From assembly GCA_918797485.1 (NCBI GenBank), contig CAKKNE010000004.1:4154001-4218000 (forward strand): a DNA stretch of 64,000 nucleotides, read 5' to 3'. Below, one piece after another: positions 39,659 to 49,293 of the stretch (the first letter of the stretch is position 1; each line of letters opens with the position of its first letter). The DNA is from Pelagomonas calceolata (taxonomy: Eukaryota). A program made the position numbers and the translations under genes. Below the pieces are notes generated by a model. It searched no databases. It was not told the DNA's origin and saw nothing but the letters and a program-made list of their open reading frames with translations.

Positions 39659-42600
39659 CTAGGCGACGTGCAGCGGATCAGACATCCACGAGCGCCACGC
39701 CGCGACCTGCTCGCGCTCGGGATCGGTCGTAGGCTGGAAGTCCGGGAGCGAGAGCAAGTACTCGACGGCGGCGTCGCGCCGGGCCGGGAAGTCCGTCGAA
39801 AGCTCCTCGAGCGTCGCCTCGATCTTCTCGGTCGCATCTCTAATAATTTTGATCGCCACCGGCGTCGAGTGCACGCGCGCGTAGCCGTAGTTCTTGAGCT
39901 TCACGCTCTGGTCGAGAAAAGCCTCGCGGCGCTTTTTGGACAAAACTAGAAAAGTCGACAGCGACGTCTCGAGCGTGACCGCAAGATGCGCCGACGGCTT
40001 CGACGCAACCGTCTCCAGTTCCTGCTTCCGCGCCGGGTCCCGCAGGAGCCGTCTGAGGTACTGATCCAAAAGCTTCTTCGTGAGCGCGATCTTGATATTT
40101 GTGTTCACGGTACAACCGGCGTGCGACGCCTTGTAGTCCTGGAACCACTCGTCCCGCTCGCCCACGGCCTTGCGGAGCTGGTGGAACTCGACAAACGAGA
40201 AACGCGAGTTGGCTGCAGCGTCGCGTAATATCTCCCACGGCGTCTCACCCACCCCTATATCCTGCTTGACCGTGATCTCTTCCGCTCGGAGCAACATCTT
40301 AACAACGAGCTCGTGGGCCTTCTCGACCCGCTCTTTTTGGGGGGCGTCGGCCGCGCCGAAGGGCAGGAACTCCGGGAGTAAACACGACCGGAAGGTGCTC
40401 GGAGTCACCTCATCGTCCGTGGTCGAGCCGCGTCGAATCCAGAACGAGGCCGCGCCGCGGAACGGTACGACAGCAGCACCGGCGTGCGATACGCACGCGA
40501 GCGCTTGGAGGCTCGCGACGTTCAATAACGCTACAATATCATCAAAGTTCTTGGCCAGCACCTCCGACGCGCTCTTCAAATCCGAGGCCTTGTAGCGCTG
40601 CGTCGGCGTCTCCGTGACCTCCTCCTCCAAATCCCGCACCTCCGTCGGGACGCATAAGGATAGCGCCACAGATAAGAAGTCTTCGCCAATAACAATGTCG
40701 CCGGCCCCTTTGAAATCCACGTACTTCCCCACAACACGGACGAACTCTTCCACAGAAGCGTCCGCACCAGAGCCCCTCGTGCAGTCGTCCTCGTCTTCAC
40801 TATCGTCGTCCTCACTATCACTATCGGCGGCGTCCGCCAGTAGCTTTTCTAGGTGCGCTCTCAATTTATTAGATTCCACACACGCCGTGAATTTGTCCCA
40901 CGGAGGCAGCCCGTGCCGTTTGAAGGCGGCCTCGAGCCTCGGCTTTGATAAGGTTCCCCCACCCTTAATAATCCTCTGCAAATCGAGGCGGTCCTGCTCC
41001 GTAAAGCCCGTCGTCGCGTCGATGGCGTCGCCAGCTCCCGCTGAGAGCCCACTCACTAACGCGTCGCTGCCGCCAGAAGTGTCCGACGACTCGAGCAATC
41101 GGCTAGTCTTGAGGAAGTCGGCGGCAGTAACACCATCCAGCGCGGCGAAGACGGCCGTCTTCCGATCGATTAATTTGGACCCTACGTCATCGAGGGCGTA
41201 GGAGAGAGTCCTGTACAAACTTTTGCCTCTCGAGGATGCACCGGCAAAGACCCTCTCCACGAAGGCCGGCGCGCCTTCCTCCTCGTCGAATGGCTCCATC
41301 TGGAAGACCAGCCGGTCGCACTCGTTTTTGTGATCGCGCTGGGCGAGCTCCCGCCACGCGCGCGCAACGGCTCTACAGTTGTCCGACACCGTGGGCATGC
41401 TGGGAGCTAAGACCGCGGCGCCGGGCTCCGTGTCGGTAGAACCAGGACCAGAGCAACCACCGACGAGGCCCAACGCCGCACCGGACCGCGCCCCGCCGAA
41501 CGCTCCCCAGGCCCGCGGCTGCTGTACCTCGGAGGACGAGGCACGTAGACCTCCGAGCGCGGTGCTCGGGCTACACGTCAGGAAACACAGCGTCGCGGTA
41601 TCACACGAACCGTCGCCGCAAGCCGACATGAGCCGGCTCAGTGACGCACCGCGGCCGCGAGAAACCGCAGATAACGACGCACCCGCCCCGCGTCCTAGAC
41701 CCAAGAGCGCGTCCATCAGCGGCTCGCCCGTCTCGAAGGAGCGCACCACGCGACCATCTAGTTGAGGAGGCGACAGCGCGTGAAGCCCGGCGCTCGGCGC
41801 GTAGGGGCCGTCAAAAACGTGCGCCGACGTATCTAATAAAGCTAAGGCGGCGCGGGGCGCCGTCGCCGCCACGCCCGTGACCAAGGGATCGGCGACGACG
41901 CCGACGTGCCCGGGCTCGCTCGGCGCCGCGAGCTCCTCGAGATCCATGGCGCCGTCGCCCTCGACGACGTCCAACGCTTCCGTCGGCGGCTCGATCATGA
42001 GCGGCGCGGCCTCGTCGTCGTCCGCGGCGACGGCGGCGACCGCCGCGTCGCGCTCGAACCACGGGAGCGCGCGCGGGTCGTTGGCGGCGTTCGGGCTCCA
42101 GGAGCCGCCCTGCAACCGCAACGCATTCCCGGCCCAGGCTCGCACGTTCCCGCTTCCGTGGCGCAGCACGCCCACGTTCTGCTGCACCAGCTGCTGCACG
42201 ACCTGGGCGTGATGCTGCTGGTTCCCGGCTTGGAGGCCCGCCGTCTGCAGAATCCCGCGCATCGTACGTCGAGCCCTTCGCCGGGCTACAACAACGGCGC
42301 TCGTGCCGTTGTGGATGTTGTAGCCCAGCGCTAGGCAGGACTCGAACTGGAGCGCCCACGGCGAGTACAACAGGACCTCGGCGTCGTAGCGCGGGATGTT
42401 GCGGTCGGTGACCCAGTCGTCGGCGTGGAACGAGCAGCCCGCCTCCTCCTGGAGCGCCAGCATGTCGCAGTGGTCGCGCGACGCGATGCCATTTTTCTGC
42501 CAGCTCATGCTCGTCGTCGCCTCCATGGCCGCCAGGTACGAAAGCGTGAGCTTGGCGCCGAAGAACCGGCGCGAGTAGTGGAAGAGGAACACCGAGATGC

Positions 42601-42916
42601 AGTATTCGAGCCAGGCCCACTGCTCGGTCGTGTCGTCGCCGTTCTCCAGCGCCCGGCGGTACTCCGCGTACGCGACGAGCACCAGCCAGTTGTACGCCTC
42701 CTCGCACGCGCAGCTCGAGTTCGGCTGCTTTGGAATTCTTGCGAGCGCCGCCTCGACGCTCAGCGTCGACGGGTGTCGCGCGGCCTCGCAGGTCTTCGCT
42801 TCTAGCGGCGTCGTCGAGACGTAGGGCGACTCCTGCGCTTCGGCGTTGTGCGCGGCGCTGCACAGCTGCGGCGTGCTCTGCGGCTTCGTATCGTTGCCGC
42901 CTCGGGTCTTCACCAT
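39659..42916 (-). CDS. Orphan 1085-aa hypothetical protein
   Basis: Long uninterrupted ATG-started ORF with protein-like composition (acidic tract, helical C-terminus); no family recognised with confidence. Confidence 0.65.
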   Translation of the reverse strand: MVKTRGGNDTKPQSTPQLCSAAHNAEAQESPYVSTTPLEAKTCEAARHPSTLSVEAALARIPKQPNSSCACEEAYNWLVLVAYAEYRRALENGDDTTEQWAWLEYCISVFLFHYSRRFFGAKLTLSYLAAMEATTSMSWQKNGIASRDHCDMLALQEEAGCSFHADDWVTDRNIPRYDAEVLLYSPWALQFESCLALGYNIHNGTSAVVVARRRARRTMRGILQTAGLQAGNQQHHAQVVQQLVQQNVGVLRHGSGNVRAWAGNALRLQGGSWSPNAANDPRALPWFERDAAVAAVAADDDEAAPLMIEPPTEALDVVEGDGAMDLEELAAPSEPGHVGVVADPLVTGVAATAPRAALALLDTSAHVFDGPYAPSAGLHALSPPQLDGRVVRSFETGEPLMDALLGLGRGAGASLSAVSRGRGASLSRLMSACGDGSCDTATLCFLTCSPSTALGGLRASSSEVQQPRAWGAFGGARSGAALGLVGGCSGPGSTDTEPGAAVLAPSMPTVSDNCRAVARAWRELAQRDHKNECDRLVFQMEPFDEEEGAPAFVERVFAGASSRGKSLYRTLSYALDDVGSKLIDRKTAVFAALDGVTAADFLKTSRLLESSDTSGGSDALVSGLSAGAGDAIDATTGFTEQDRLDLQRIIKGGGTLSKPRLEAAFKRHGLPPWDKFTACVESNKLRAHLEKLLADAADSDSEDDDSEDEDDCTRGSGADASVEEFVRVVGKYVDFKGAGDIVIGEDFLSVALSLCVPTEVRDLEEEVTETPTQRYKASDLKSASEVLAKNFDDIVALLNVASLQALACVSHAGAAVVPFRGAASFWIRRGSTTDDEVTPSTFRSCLLPEFLPFGAADAPQKERVEKAHELVVKMLLRAEEITVKQDIGVGETPWEILRDAAANSRFSFVEFHQLRKAVGERDEWFQDYKASHAGCTVNTNIKIALTKKLLDQYLRRLLRDPARKQELETVASKPSAHLAVTLETSLSTFLVLSKKRREAFLDQSVKLKNYGYARVHSTPVAIKIIRDATEKIEATLEELSTDFPARRDAAVEYLLSLPDFQPTTDPEREQVAAWRSWMSDPLHVA

Positions 42917-43321
42917 GATGCACAGCTCCTTGCGGACTCAGCGATGCTAGCACCGCAATAAGCACGCCCAACGCGCGCGATTTGAGCGCCATGGTGCTAG
43001 TTTGTCTCTGCTGGCTTTGCGAGAGGCTGGGCGTTTCATCGGTTACGCTCAGCACGACTCCGTACGCCATTGTACGGTATGCGAGCTGCACATGACCAAT
43101 GGGACGCCTAGACAACGCAGTACCTGACGCTCTTCGTCCCCAGCGACGGGCGCGTCCCTCGAACGTGCACGCCATAAACTAGAGCCATACAACGCACAGC
43201 ACAAAGTAAACTCAACAGAGAAATAACCCCCCAAAAGAGTCCCCCAGGTCACCTCACAACCACCCCTCGGCGCCACGAGCGACGTCGCCCCCGTCCCGAC
43301 GTGGTACCATGGTCAGTTGTA

Positions 43322-43446
43322 TCAGAGTGGTCGTACGTCGGTCGTGCGTGTCGTAGTTCGCAATCAGTGATCGAATTAATAACAGAGGCAGTATTTGACT
43401 TGCGCCACGACGCCATAACTTAGCTAGCGTCCTGTAAGACACTAGC
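43322..43446 (+). repeat. Direct repeat copy B (includes the CTAG motif at 43423-43446)
   Basis: See copy A; motif reads gctagcgtcctgtaagacactagc. Confidence 0.85.
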
Positions 43447-43582
43447 CAGCTCTGCAAAAAGCTTTGCGCATAGCATTGATCGCTTTTGCACGTTTCTGGA
43501 CGCGTCACGAGCCACAGCACTCTAACCCTCAAGCGTGCACGCAGTACAGCGCTAACGCAGTCGCCGCGAGGGCATCAAAACC

Positions 43583-44800
43583 ATGGCCGCAGTCCTGAGC
43601 CAAAAGGCCGCAGCCAAAGCCGAGCTACGGGGCAAAGCGGCAGAAATGTACGCGAAGGAGGCCGACGCCCTCGCCAGCAACGGCGAGAACGAGGCGGCGG
43701 CGAGGATGTACGAGCGGGCCGCAAATGCTATACAAGCGGACGCGAGCCCGACGATTGATTTGTTCGTGCCCGGGCGCCTCTGTTTGTTTGGCGAGCACTC
43801 GGACTGGGCCGGCGGCTTCCGGAGATTTAACAGAGAGATCGTGCCTGGTAAAACTCTGGTCCTCGGGACGCCGCAGGGCCTCGCGGCGCGTGTTAAAATA
43901 TGCGACGAATTGGTCGTGACGGCGACGAACAATGCGGGGGAGAAAATCGGGCCCTGGCGCTGCGCCATGGACCGCGAGGAGCTGAGGCTGGCCGCGGAAG
44001 GCGACAGTTTTTTTTCGTACGTGGCTGGCGTCGCGCTGGTCGTGCTGACGAACCATAGGGTGAGGGGTGTCGAGATTGACCAGCACACCTCCACCCTACC
44101 CCTCAAGAAGGGCCTGTCCTCGTCGGCGGCGATCTGCGTGTTAACGGCAAGGGCCTTTTCCGAGTGTTATGGGTTGAAGCTCACGACAAGGGGCGAGATG
44201 GAGTACGCCTACCTCGGCGAGGTCGCCACCGGGAGTTGTTGTGGCCGCATGGACCAGGCCTGCGCCTTTGGGTCTAGGCCCACTTTACTGACCCACGACG
44301 GCGACCACCTCGAAGCTGAGCCCATTGCCTTGCCGAAGACGCCTCTGCGTCTATTGGTCGTGGACCTGGGCTGCGACAAGGACACGCCGTTGATGCTGAA
44401 GAGCCTGCAGCGGTCCTTTCCTCATTGTGAGGATGACCGTGGGCGGTGCGTCCATGCTTGGTTAGGTGAAGAGAACCAGAGACGCGTCGCGGAGGCGGTC
44501 AAGGCCGTGCGCGCGGGCGACGCCGAAACATTGGGGGCGCTGATGACGGCGGCGCAAAAAGATTTTGATCGGAGCGCGATTCCCGAGTGCCCGTCTCAAT
44601 TCGCGGCGCCGACGCTGCATGCCGTTTTGGGGGACGAGAAGTTGGCTGAGTTGTGCTGGGGCGGCAAGGGCATCGGCTGCGGCGGCGAGGGCTCCGCGCA
44701 GCTCGTTTGTAGATCAAAAGAGGCGCGCGACCGCGCGGCGTCGTACGTGAGGGACGAGCTCGGGATGTGGTGCTGTTGCGTGGACGTCGGGGGTTCGTAA
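43583..44800 (+). CDS. GHMP-family sugar kinase (galactokinase-like)
   Basis: VPGRLCLFGEHSDW, LPLKKGLSSSAA, GRMDQAC, GGKGIGCGGEG. Confidence 0.9.
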   Translation: MAAVLSQKAAAKAELRGKAAEMYAKEADALASNGENEAAARMYERAANAIQADASPTIDLFVPGRLCLFGEHSDWAGGFRRFNREIVPGKTLVLGTPQGLAARVKICDELVVTATNNAGEKIGPWRCAMDREELRLAAEGDSFFSYVAGVALVVLTNHRVRGVEIDQHTSTLPLKKGLSSSAAICVLTARAFSECYGLKLTTRGEMEYAYLGEVATGSCCGRMDQACAFGSRPTLLTHDGDHLEAEPIALPKTPLRLLVVDLGCDKDTPLMLKSLQRSFPHCEDDRGRCVHAWLGEENQRRVAEAVKAVRAGDAETLGALMTAAQKDFDRSAIPECPSQFAAPTLHAVLGDEKLAELCWGGKGIGCGGEGSAQLVCRSKEARDRAASYVRDELGMWCCCVDVGGS

Positions 44801-45011
44801 TCTTGTTGTTCTGTGTGTCCTTCTCGCGCGCGTCGCGTTTGTGTCGCATCGCTCTCCGGTATCCGAGCAGACGTCTGCGGACGCTTCCTCCTGTTTTTGG
44901 CTGGGCAGGAACAGGGGGTGGATCGGCGATGGGTCAGTTCGGCGATGAGTCCGTCTAGGAGGGGGTACCGCCCCGGGGCGCGGCTTCCAGGGCTCCCGCG
45001 CGGAACTCCAA

Positions 45012-45035
45012 GCTAGCGGCCTGTAACATACTAGA
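45012..45035 (+). promoter_or_regulatory. Recurrent CTAG-N14-CTAG motif
   Basis: gctagcggcctgtaacatactaga, upstream of BRF1. Confidence 0.65.
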
Positions 45036-45339
45036 AATCAGCTGAGCCGCAACAAAAGCGCCCTGTTACCGACGTATACAGCGAGCGCGGGGCACGTAGC
45101 GTTTACGCAGTCGACGCCAGTGCACTCTCGGCCAGCGCGCCAGCTCTCCGCTTTCCTGCGAGTCCAGCAGGCCTAGCGCAAGCGAGAAACAGCGTTGTGC
45201 TGCAGTAGAGCCCAGAGCGTTCCGCGCGGGCGAAAAAAAAAGCGGAGACCGGCCGAAACGAGCCCTCCCAGCGCACTGATCACGCGCCGCGCCAGAGCGC
45301 ACCGTTGGCTCCTTTTTTCTGAACGGCGCGGCCGAAACG

Positions 45340-47034
45340 ATGTCGCAAATGCGCTGCTCGAACCCCGAGTGCCGTTCGACGGACATCGACTGGAACGAGA
45401 GTTCCGGTGATGCCGTTTGTGTCCGCTGCGGTACGGTTTGTGAAGAATCCACAATTGTAGCGTCAGTAGAATTTACCGAAGGAGCGGGCGGTTCCGGCGT
45501 CGTCGGCCAGTTCGTCTCAGCGCAGTGCACGAAGCCCTTCGGCACGCTCGGCGCGAACTACGGGTCCTCTGGGAGACCGAAGTACGGCTTTCTACGTAGT
45601 TCTAGAGAAACGACGCTCGCGGCCGGCAAACGAAAAATCGAGCAGGTCGCGAATAGTCTGAGGTTGGGCCAGCACTACGTCGACGGCGCGGATCGCATTT
45701 TCAAGTTGGCAGCTCAAAGGAACTTCACGCAAGGGAGAAAAACTTTACACGTTGTGTGTGCGTGTCTCTACGTCATGTGTCGTCGGGAGAAATCCGCACA
45801 CATGCTCGTCGACTTCTCGGATGTCTTACAAGTCAACGTTTATAGTCTGGGTGCGACGTTCCTGAAGTTTCGACGCGTCCTCAACTTGGAATTACCCCTG
45901 GTCGACCCGTCGTTGTATATTCATAGATTTGCCGCCAAGCTGGAACTAGGCGACGCGGCTTCTGCGGTAGGCGCGACGGCGCTGAAAGTAGTGCAAAGGA
46001 TGAAGCGGGACTGGATCGAGACCGGCCGGCGACCGGCCGGTGTGTGTGCCGCGGCTTTACTTGTGTCTGCAAGAGCCCACGGCTTTCATAGGACGCAACA
46101 GGACGTCGTTTCAGCTTTGCGAGTCTGCGGCATGACCGTGTCCAAAAGACTGGCCGACTTCCAAGCAACACCAGCAGCACAATTAACATTGAGAGAGTTC
46201 CACGCGCAAGCGGACAGTACCGAGGAACAGGACCCTCCTTCCTTCCAACTTAGTCAAAGGCGGACGGAGAACGAGGAACGGGCGAGGAAGGGCTTACCAT
46301 TGTTACCCAAAGATCCTAGAACAGATCAACAATTATGTCTACCGGCTCCAGGAGCCTTGGCACAAACGGCAACGGCGCTGGTCCAGCACGCGCGCGTGCA
46401 CGCCGCTCGACGGAAGCCCCCTCAACCTCGATCGATAACATCCCATCGACGGCAAAAACAATTTGAGTCAGCGAAGTCGGAGATGTACGACGAGATCAGG
46501 GAGGCCTTCGAGATCCAAAAGGCCGAGGCGCCCGCGAGGCCCGTGATTCAACGAAAAACAATTGAGAATGGGGAGGAGGACCCGAGCGATTTCAGTGATG
46601 TCGCCGATGCGGATGTGGACGCCTTCGTGCTGAGTGCCGAGGAAGCGCGAAAGAAGGCCGAGATGTGGGAGCGCATGAACGAGGACTACATCCACAGACA
46701 AGAGGAGAAGAACAAGTTACGGGAAGCGAGAGAACAAGCTCAAGCGCAAGGCCAGCCGCCGCCCGGTAAAAAACCAAAACCCAGAAAGAAGTCGTCGAAG
46801 AAGATGGCTCGTTTAGGCAATCAGACGGCTGCTGAAGCCGTCCTCGACGTCGTCGAGAAGAAGCGCTTCTCGAAGAAGATCAATTATACGGTCTTACAAG
46901 GTATCTTCGGCGGTCAAAAGAAGCGGAAAAGTGCTGATTCGCCCGGTGCTTCCAAGAAAATGAAGCCTATTGCAGAAGAAGAGGAGGACGACGACGACGA
47001 CGGGGCGCCGGAGGTGCCGGGGACGACCATATAA
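45340..47034 (+). CDS. BRF1: TFIIIB subunit BRF1 (TFIIB-related factor)
   Basis: Zn ribbon CSNPEC...CVRCG, NFTQGRK, DPSLYIHRFA, RMKRDWIETGRRPAG, C-terminal KKAEMWERMNEDY and SKKINY. Confidence 0.95.
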   Translation: MSQMRCSNPECRSTDIDWNESSGDAVCVRCGTVCEESTIVASVEFTEGAGGSGVVGQFVSAQCTKPFGTLGANYGSSGRPKYGFLRSSRETTLAAGKRKIEQVANSLRLGQHYVDGADRIFKLAAQRNFTQGRKTLHVVCACLYVMCRREKSAHMLVDFSDVLQVNVYSLGATFLKFRRVLNLELPLVDPSLYIHRFAAKLELGDAASAVGATALKVVQRMKRDWIETGRRPAGVCAAALLVSARAHGFHRTQQDVVSALRVCGMTVSKRLADFQATPAAQLTLREFHAQADSTEEQDPPSFQLSQRRTENEERARKGLPLLPKDPRTDQQLCLPAPGALAQTATALVQHARVHAARRKPPQPRSITSHRRQKQFESAKSEMYDEIREAFEIQKAEAPARPVIQRKTIENGEEDPSDFSDVADADVDAFVLSAEEARKKAEMWERMNEDYIHRQEEKNKLREAREQAQAQGQPPPGKKPKPRKKSSKKMARLGNQTAAEAVLDVVEKKRFSKKINYTVLQGIFGGQKKRKSADSPGASKKMKPIAEEEEDDDDDGAPEVPGTTI

Positions 47035-47103
47035 GTGGGGTTGCATGTGTATTACCTCGGTCCTAGGAATCCCCGACCCGTGCGCTGCGAAACTTCGTCG
47101 CGA

Positions 47104-47125
47104 GCTAGCGGTGTAAGACACTAGC
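47104..47125 (+). promoter_or_regulatory. Recurrent CTAG-N12-CTAG motif
   Basis: gctagcggtgtaagacactagc. Confidence 0.65.
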
Positions 47126-47294
47126 TGCATGCATGCACTTTGCCACCGGTTTTGCTCCGCCTTGGAGGACCGCAGCCGGCTGTCCAGCATGCAAGGGTGT
47201 TGAAGACCTGGGGCCAACGCCGCGACGACGCGCTGCTCACGGGAAGGCTCCCCTTCGCCGCGCAACAGAGCCAACAGAGAACCGACACTGCACC

Positions 47295-47999
47295 ATGCGG
47301 TGGAACCCCGATCTCCTCGGCGTGGTCGCGCCGTTCGTAAAACTGGAAGACATAGGCCGCTTCGCTGTTGCGTCCCGGGATATTGATGAGGCGCTGCGCC
47401 AGCCCGACGAGCGCGCCGCCGTCCTCGCGCACCTGGGCACGGCCGAGGTGCGCGCCGCGGCGTCGCTCGAGCACGCGGCCCTCGCCGAGGCGACGCGCGC
47501 GTGGCGGCCCGTAGGTGCTAATCGAAGACGGGTGGCCCACTTGGTCGTGGACAACGACGCGCGTGAAGTAAATGCGCGCTGCGCCGAGGTCGCCTCCTTA
47601 CTGCGGCGCCACCCGCGGGCGACGTGCCGCGTCGAGGCGCACGCCGGCGCGGATCTCCAGCCGCCCGTTTTAGCGTTCGCGCTGGCGACGGCGCGGGCAC
47701 GCCTCGTGCGCGACCGGCTCGTCGCGGCCTTCGCGCGCCTCGGTATTAACCAGAGACGCGTCGAGCTCGCGAGCATGCGGCCGCGCGCGCCGGCGACGCG
47801 CGTTGAGGTCTACCTGCGCCTCCGCGACCATGGGATAGAGGTCGAGGTGCCCGCGCGGCCGACGGACGGCGCGCCGCCGCACGCGCTGACGCGGCTTGTG
47901 CCCCGCGTCTGGCGGCGGCGCCGGGCCTGGCCGCTGTCACGCATGTACGCCGTGGCGACGAAGTGGCTCGGGAAGCCGTCGGGCGTCCTACGAGTGTAA
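47295..47999 (+). CDS. Hypothetical protein with F-box-like N-terminus and OmpA-C-like domain
   Basis: PDLLGVVAPFVKLEDIGRFAVASR (F-box-like); VASLLRRHPRATCRVEAHA...LATARARLVRDRL...GI...R...RVEV (OmpA-like). Confidence 0.55.
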   Translation: MRWNPDLLGVVAPFVKLEDIGRFAVASRDIDEALRQPDERAAVLAHLGTAEVRAAASLEHAALAEATRAWRPVGANRRRVAHLVVDNDAREVNARCAEVASLLRRHPRATCRVEAHAGADLQPPVLAFALATARARLVRDRLVAAFARLGINQRRVELASMRPRAPATRVEVYLRLRDHGIEVEVPARPTDGAPPHALTRLVPRVWRRRRAWPLSRMYAVATKWLGKPSGVLRV

Positions 48000-48051
48000 A
48001 ATAGCAAGTTATACCCGTGTGACCGCATATGGCATGGGCACAAAAATCGGG

Positions 48052-49284
48052 TCACTGCGCGCGCGCCCCCCGCGCGCGCAGCTTGTGCTGGAGGCTCTGC
48101 CAGGAGAAGTAGACCGCGAAGAGCAGACAAATTGTTCCTGAGTAGACGTAGGTCCGCACCTCCGGTCGAGCCGGGTCCGGCAGCGTCAGGGCGTAGAGCG
48201 CGAGCCCCACGGACTCGAACTTCTGCTTGAGCTTGCCCTCGGAGACGGCCCGTAGGGCGGGGCTCTTGCTATCGGACGGCGGTGCGAACTTGGCCCGGTA
48301 GTAGTCGCCGAAGCGGACGCAGCCGATCGTGAATTCGAGAGCGAATAAAGCTAGCGAACAGACGACGACGACGGCCCTTAAACCTAGTTCTGACGTGTCG
48401 TACGCGCAGAGGAGCAGGTAGGACCACAAGCAAAGGCAGAACACCACTTTATCCATCTGCGCGTCTAAGAACGCGCCGAGCGCGCCGTCGTAGCCCCGCT
48501 TCACATCTTGTATATTGCGGCCGTCCCGCGCGTGCTGCTTGGCCACCACACCATCAAGATGATCTAAGAAATCGTGCCACATGATCAAGAACGACGCCCA
48601 GCCTAAATAGGAGTACTTCATGCATAATGCTATGGGGATAACCAGTAGTCCTCTCCCATACGTAACGATGTTTGCGGTAAACACCGTGACACCACCAATA
48701 GTGCGGGGCATGACGCGACAGAACGGCGTGCACGCGACCATGACGAAGTCGTAGTACGCGTCGTGGGCCCTAATCAGTAGATCAAAAACAATGTTGTGCT
48801 GCGTCGCATGCACTAAATTCTTGCCCGCGGCGGAGTAGGCCTGGTCGATGGGTCGCGCCTTTTGGGGCGAGGCCTCCTTCAATAGCATGTCGTTGGAAAT
48901 GGACTTCTTCAGGCCTGTTGACGACACGTCCTGCGTGCGAGGCAGGTAGCGGCACTCGCAGATACCTCTCAAAATGTCATCAAATCTCCCCAAATGATCA
49001 TCGCCCATGACCATGACGTCCGCGTTGTACCTTCTGCAATACTCGGGCTTCTTCTCGAGCGATTCTTCCAGAAATACTTCATCCACACCATTGATCGCTT
49101 TGACGACCGCCATGCGGTGGTCTTGCGGCACGGCCGGGTACTCGGCCTTCTTGCTGTAGTTCAGCGCGTCGCTGGAGACGCCCACGACTAGTCGGTCGCC
49201 GAGCTGCCTCGCCCGTTGTATAATGCGCAGGTGGCCGTAGTGGAAGAGGTCGTAGGTGCCGAAGGTGATGACGGTCTTGCCCAT
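48052..49284 (-). CDS. Bifunctional TagD-like cytidylyltransferase / CDP-alcohol phosphotransferase
   Basis: TFGTYDLFHYGH (HxGH), GVSSD, RTQDVSST; C-terminal DFLDHLDGVVAK...GAFLDAQMDK CDP-alcohol phosphotransferase signature and TM helices. Confidence 0.9.
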   Translation of the reverse strand: MGKTVITFGTYDLFHYGHLRIIQRARQLGDRLVVGVSSDALNYSKKAEYPAVPQDHRMAVVKAINGVDEVFLEESLEKKPEYCRRYNADVMVMGDDHLGRFDDILRGICECRYLPRTQDVSSTGLKKSISNDMLLKEASPQKARPIDQAYSAAGKNLVHATQHNIVFDLLIRAHDAYYDFVMVACTPFCRVMPRTIGGVTVFTANIVTYGRGLLVIPIALCMKYSYLGWASFLIMWHDFLDHLDGVVAKQHARDGRNIQDVKRGYDGALGAFLDAQMDKVVFCLCLWSYLLLCAYDTSELGLRAVVVVCSLALFALEFTIGCVRFGDYYRAKFAPPSDSKSPALRAVSEGKLKQKFESVGLALYALTLPDPARPEVRTYVYSGTICLLFAVYFSWQSLQHKLRARGARAQ

Positions 49285-49293
49285 CTTGTCGTG

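Noticed and set aside
41811..43175. 454-aa alternative-frame ORF overlapping the 1085-aa ORF
   Set aside because: Arg/Gly/Ala-rich shadow frame typical of high-GC coding DNA, with no motifs.
829..44800. Glycan-modification gene cluster (GT8/GT90, fucosyltransferase, sulfotransferase, acyltransferase, sugar kinase)
   Set aside because: The genes are spread over 44 kb among unrelated housekeeping genes, with no evidence of a co-regulated cluster.
44820..45010. Possible structured ncRNA upstream of BRF1 (GC stems, repeated tcggcgatg)
   Set aside because: No tRNA cloverleaf or snRNA/snoRNA boxes were recognised; stems are expected at this GC content.
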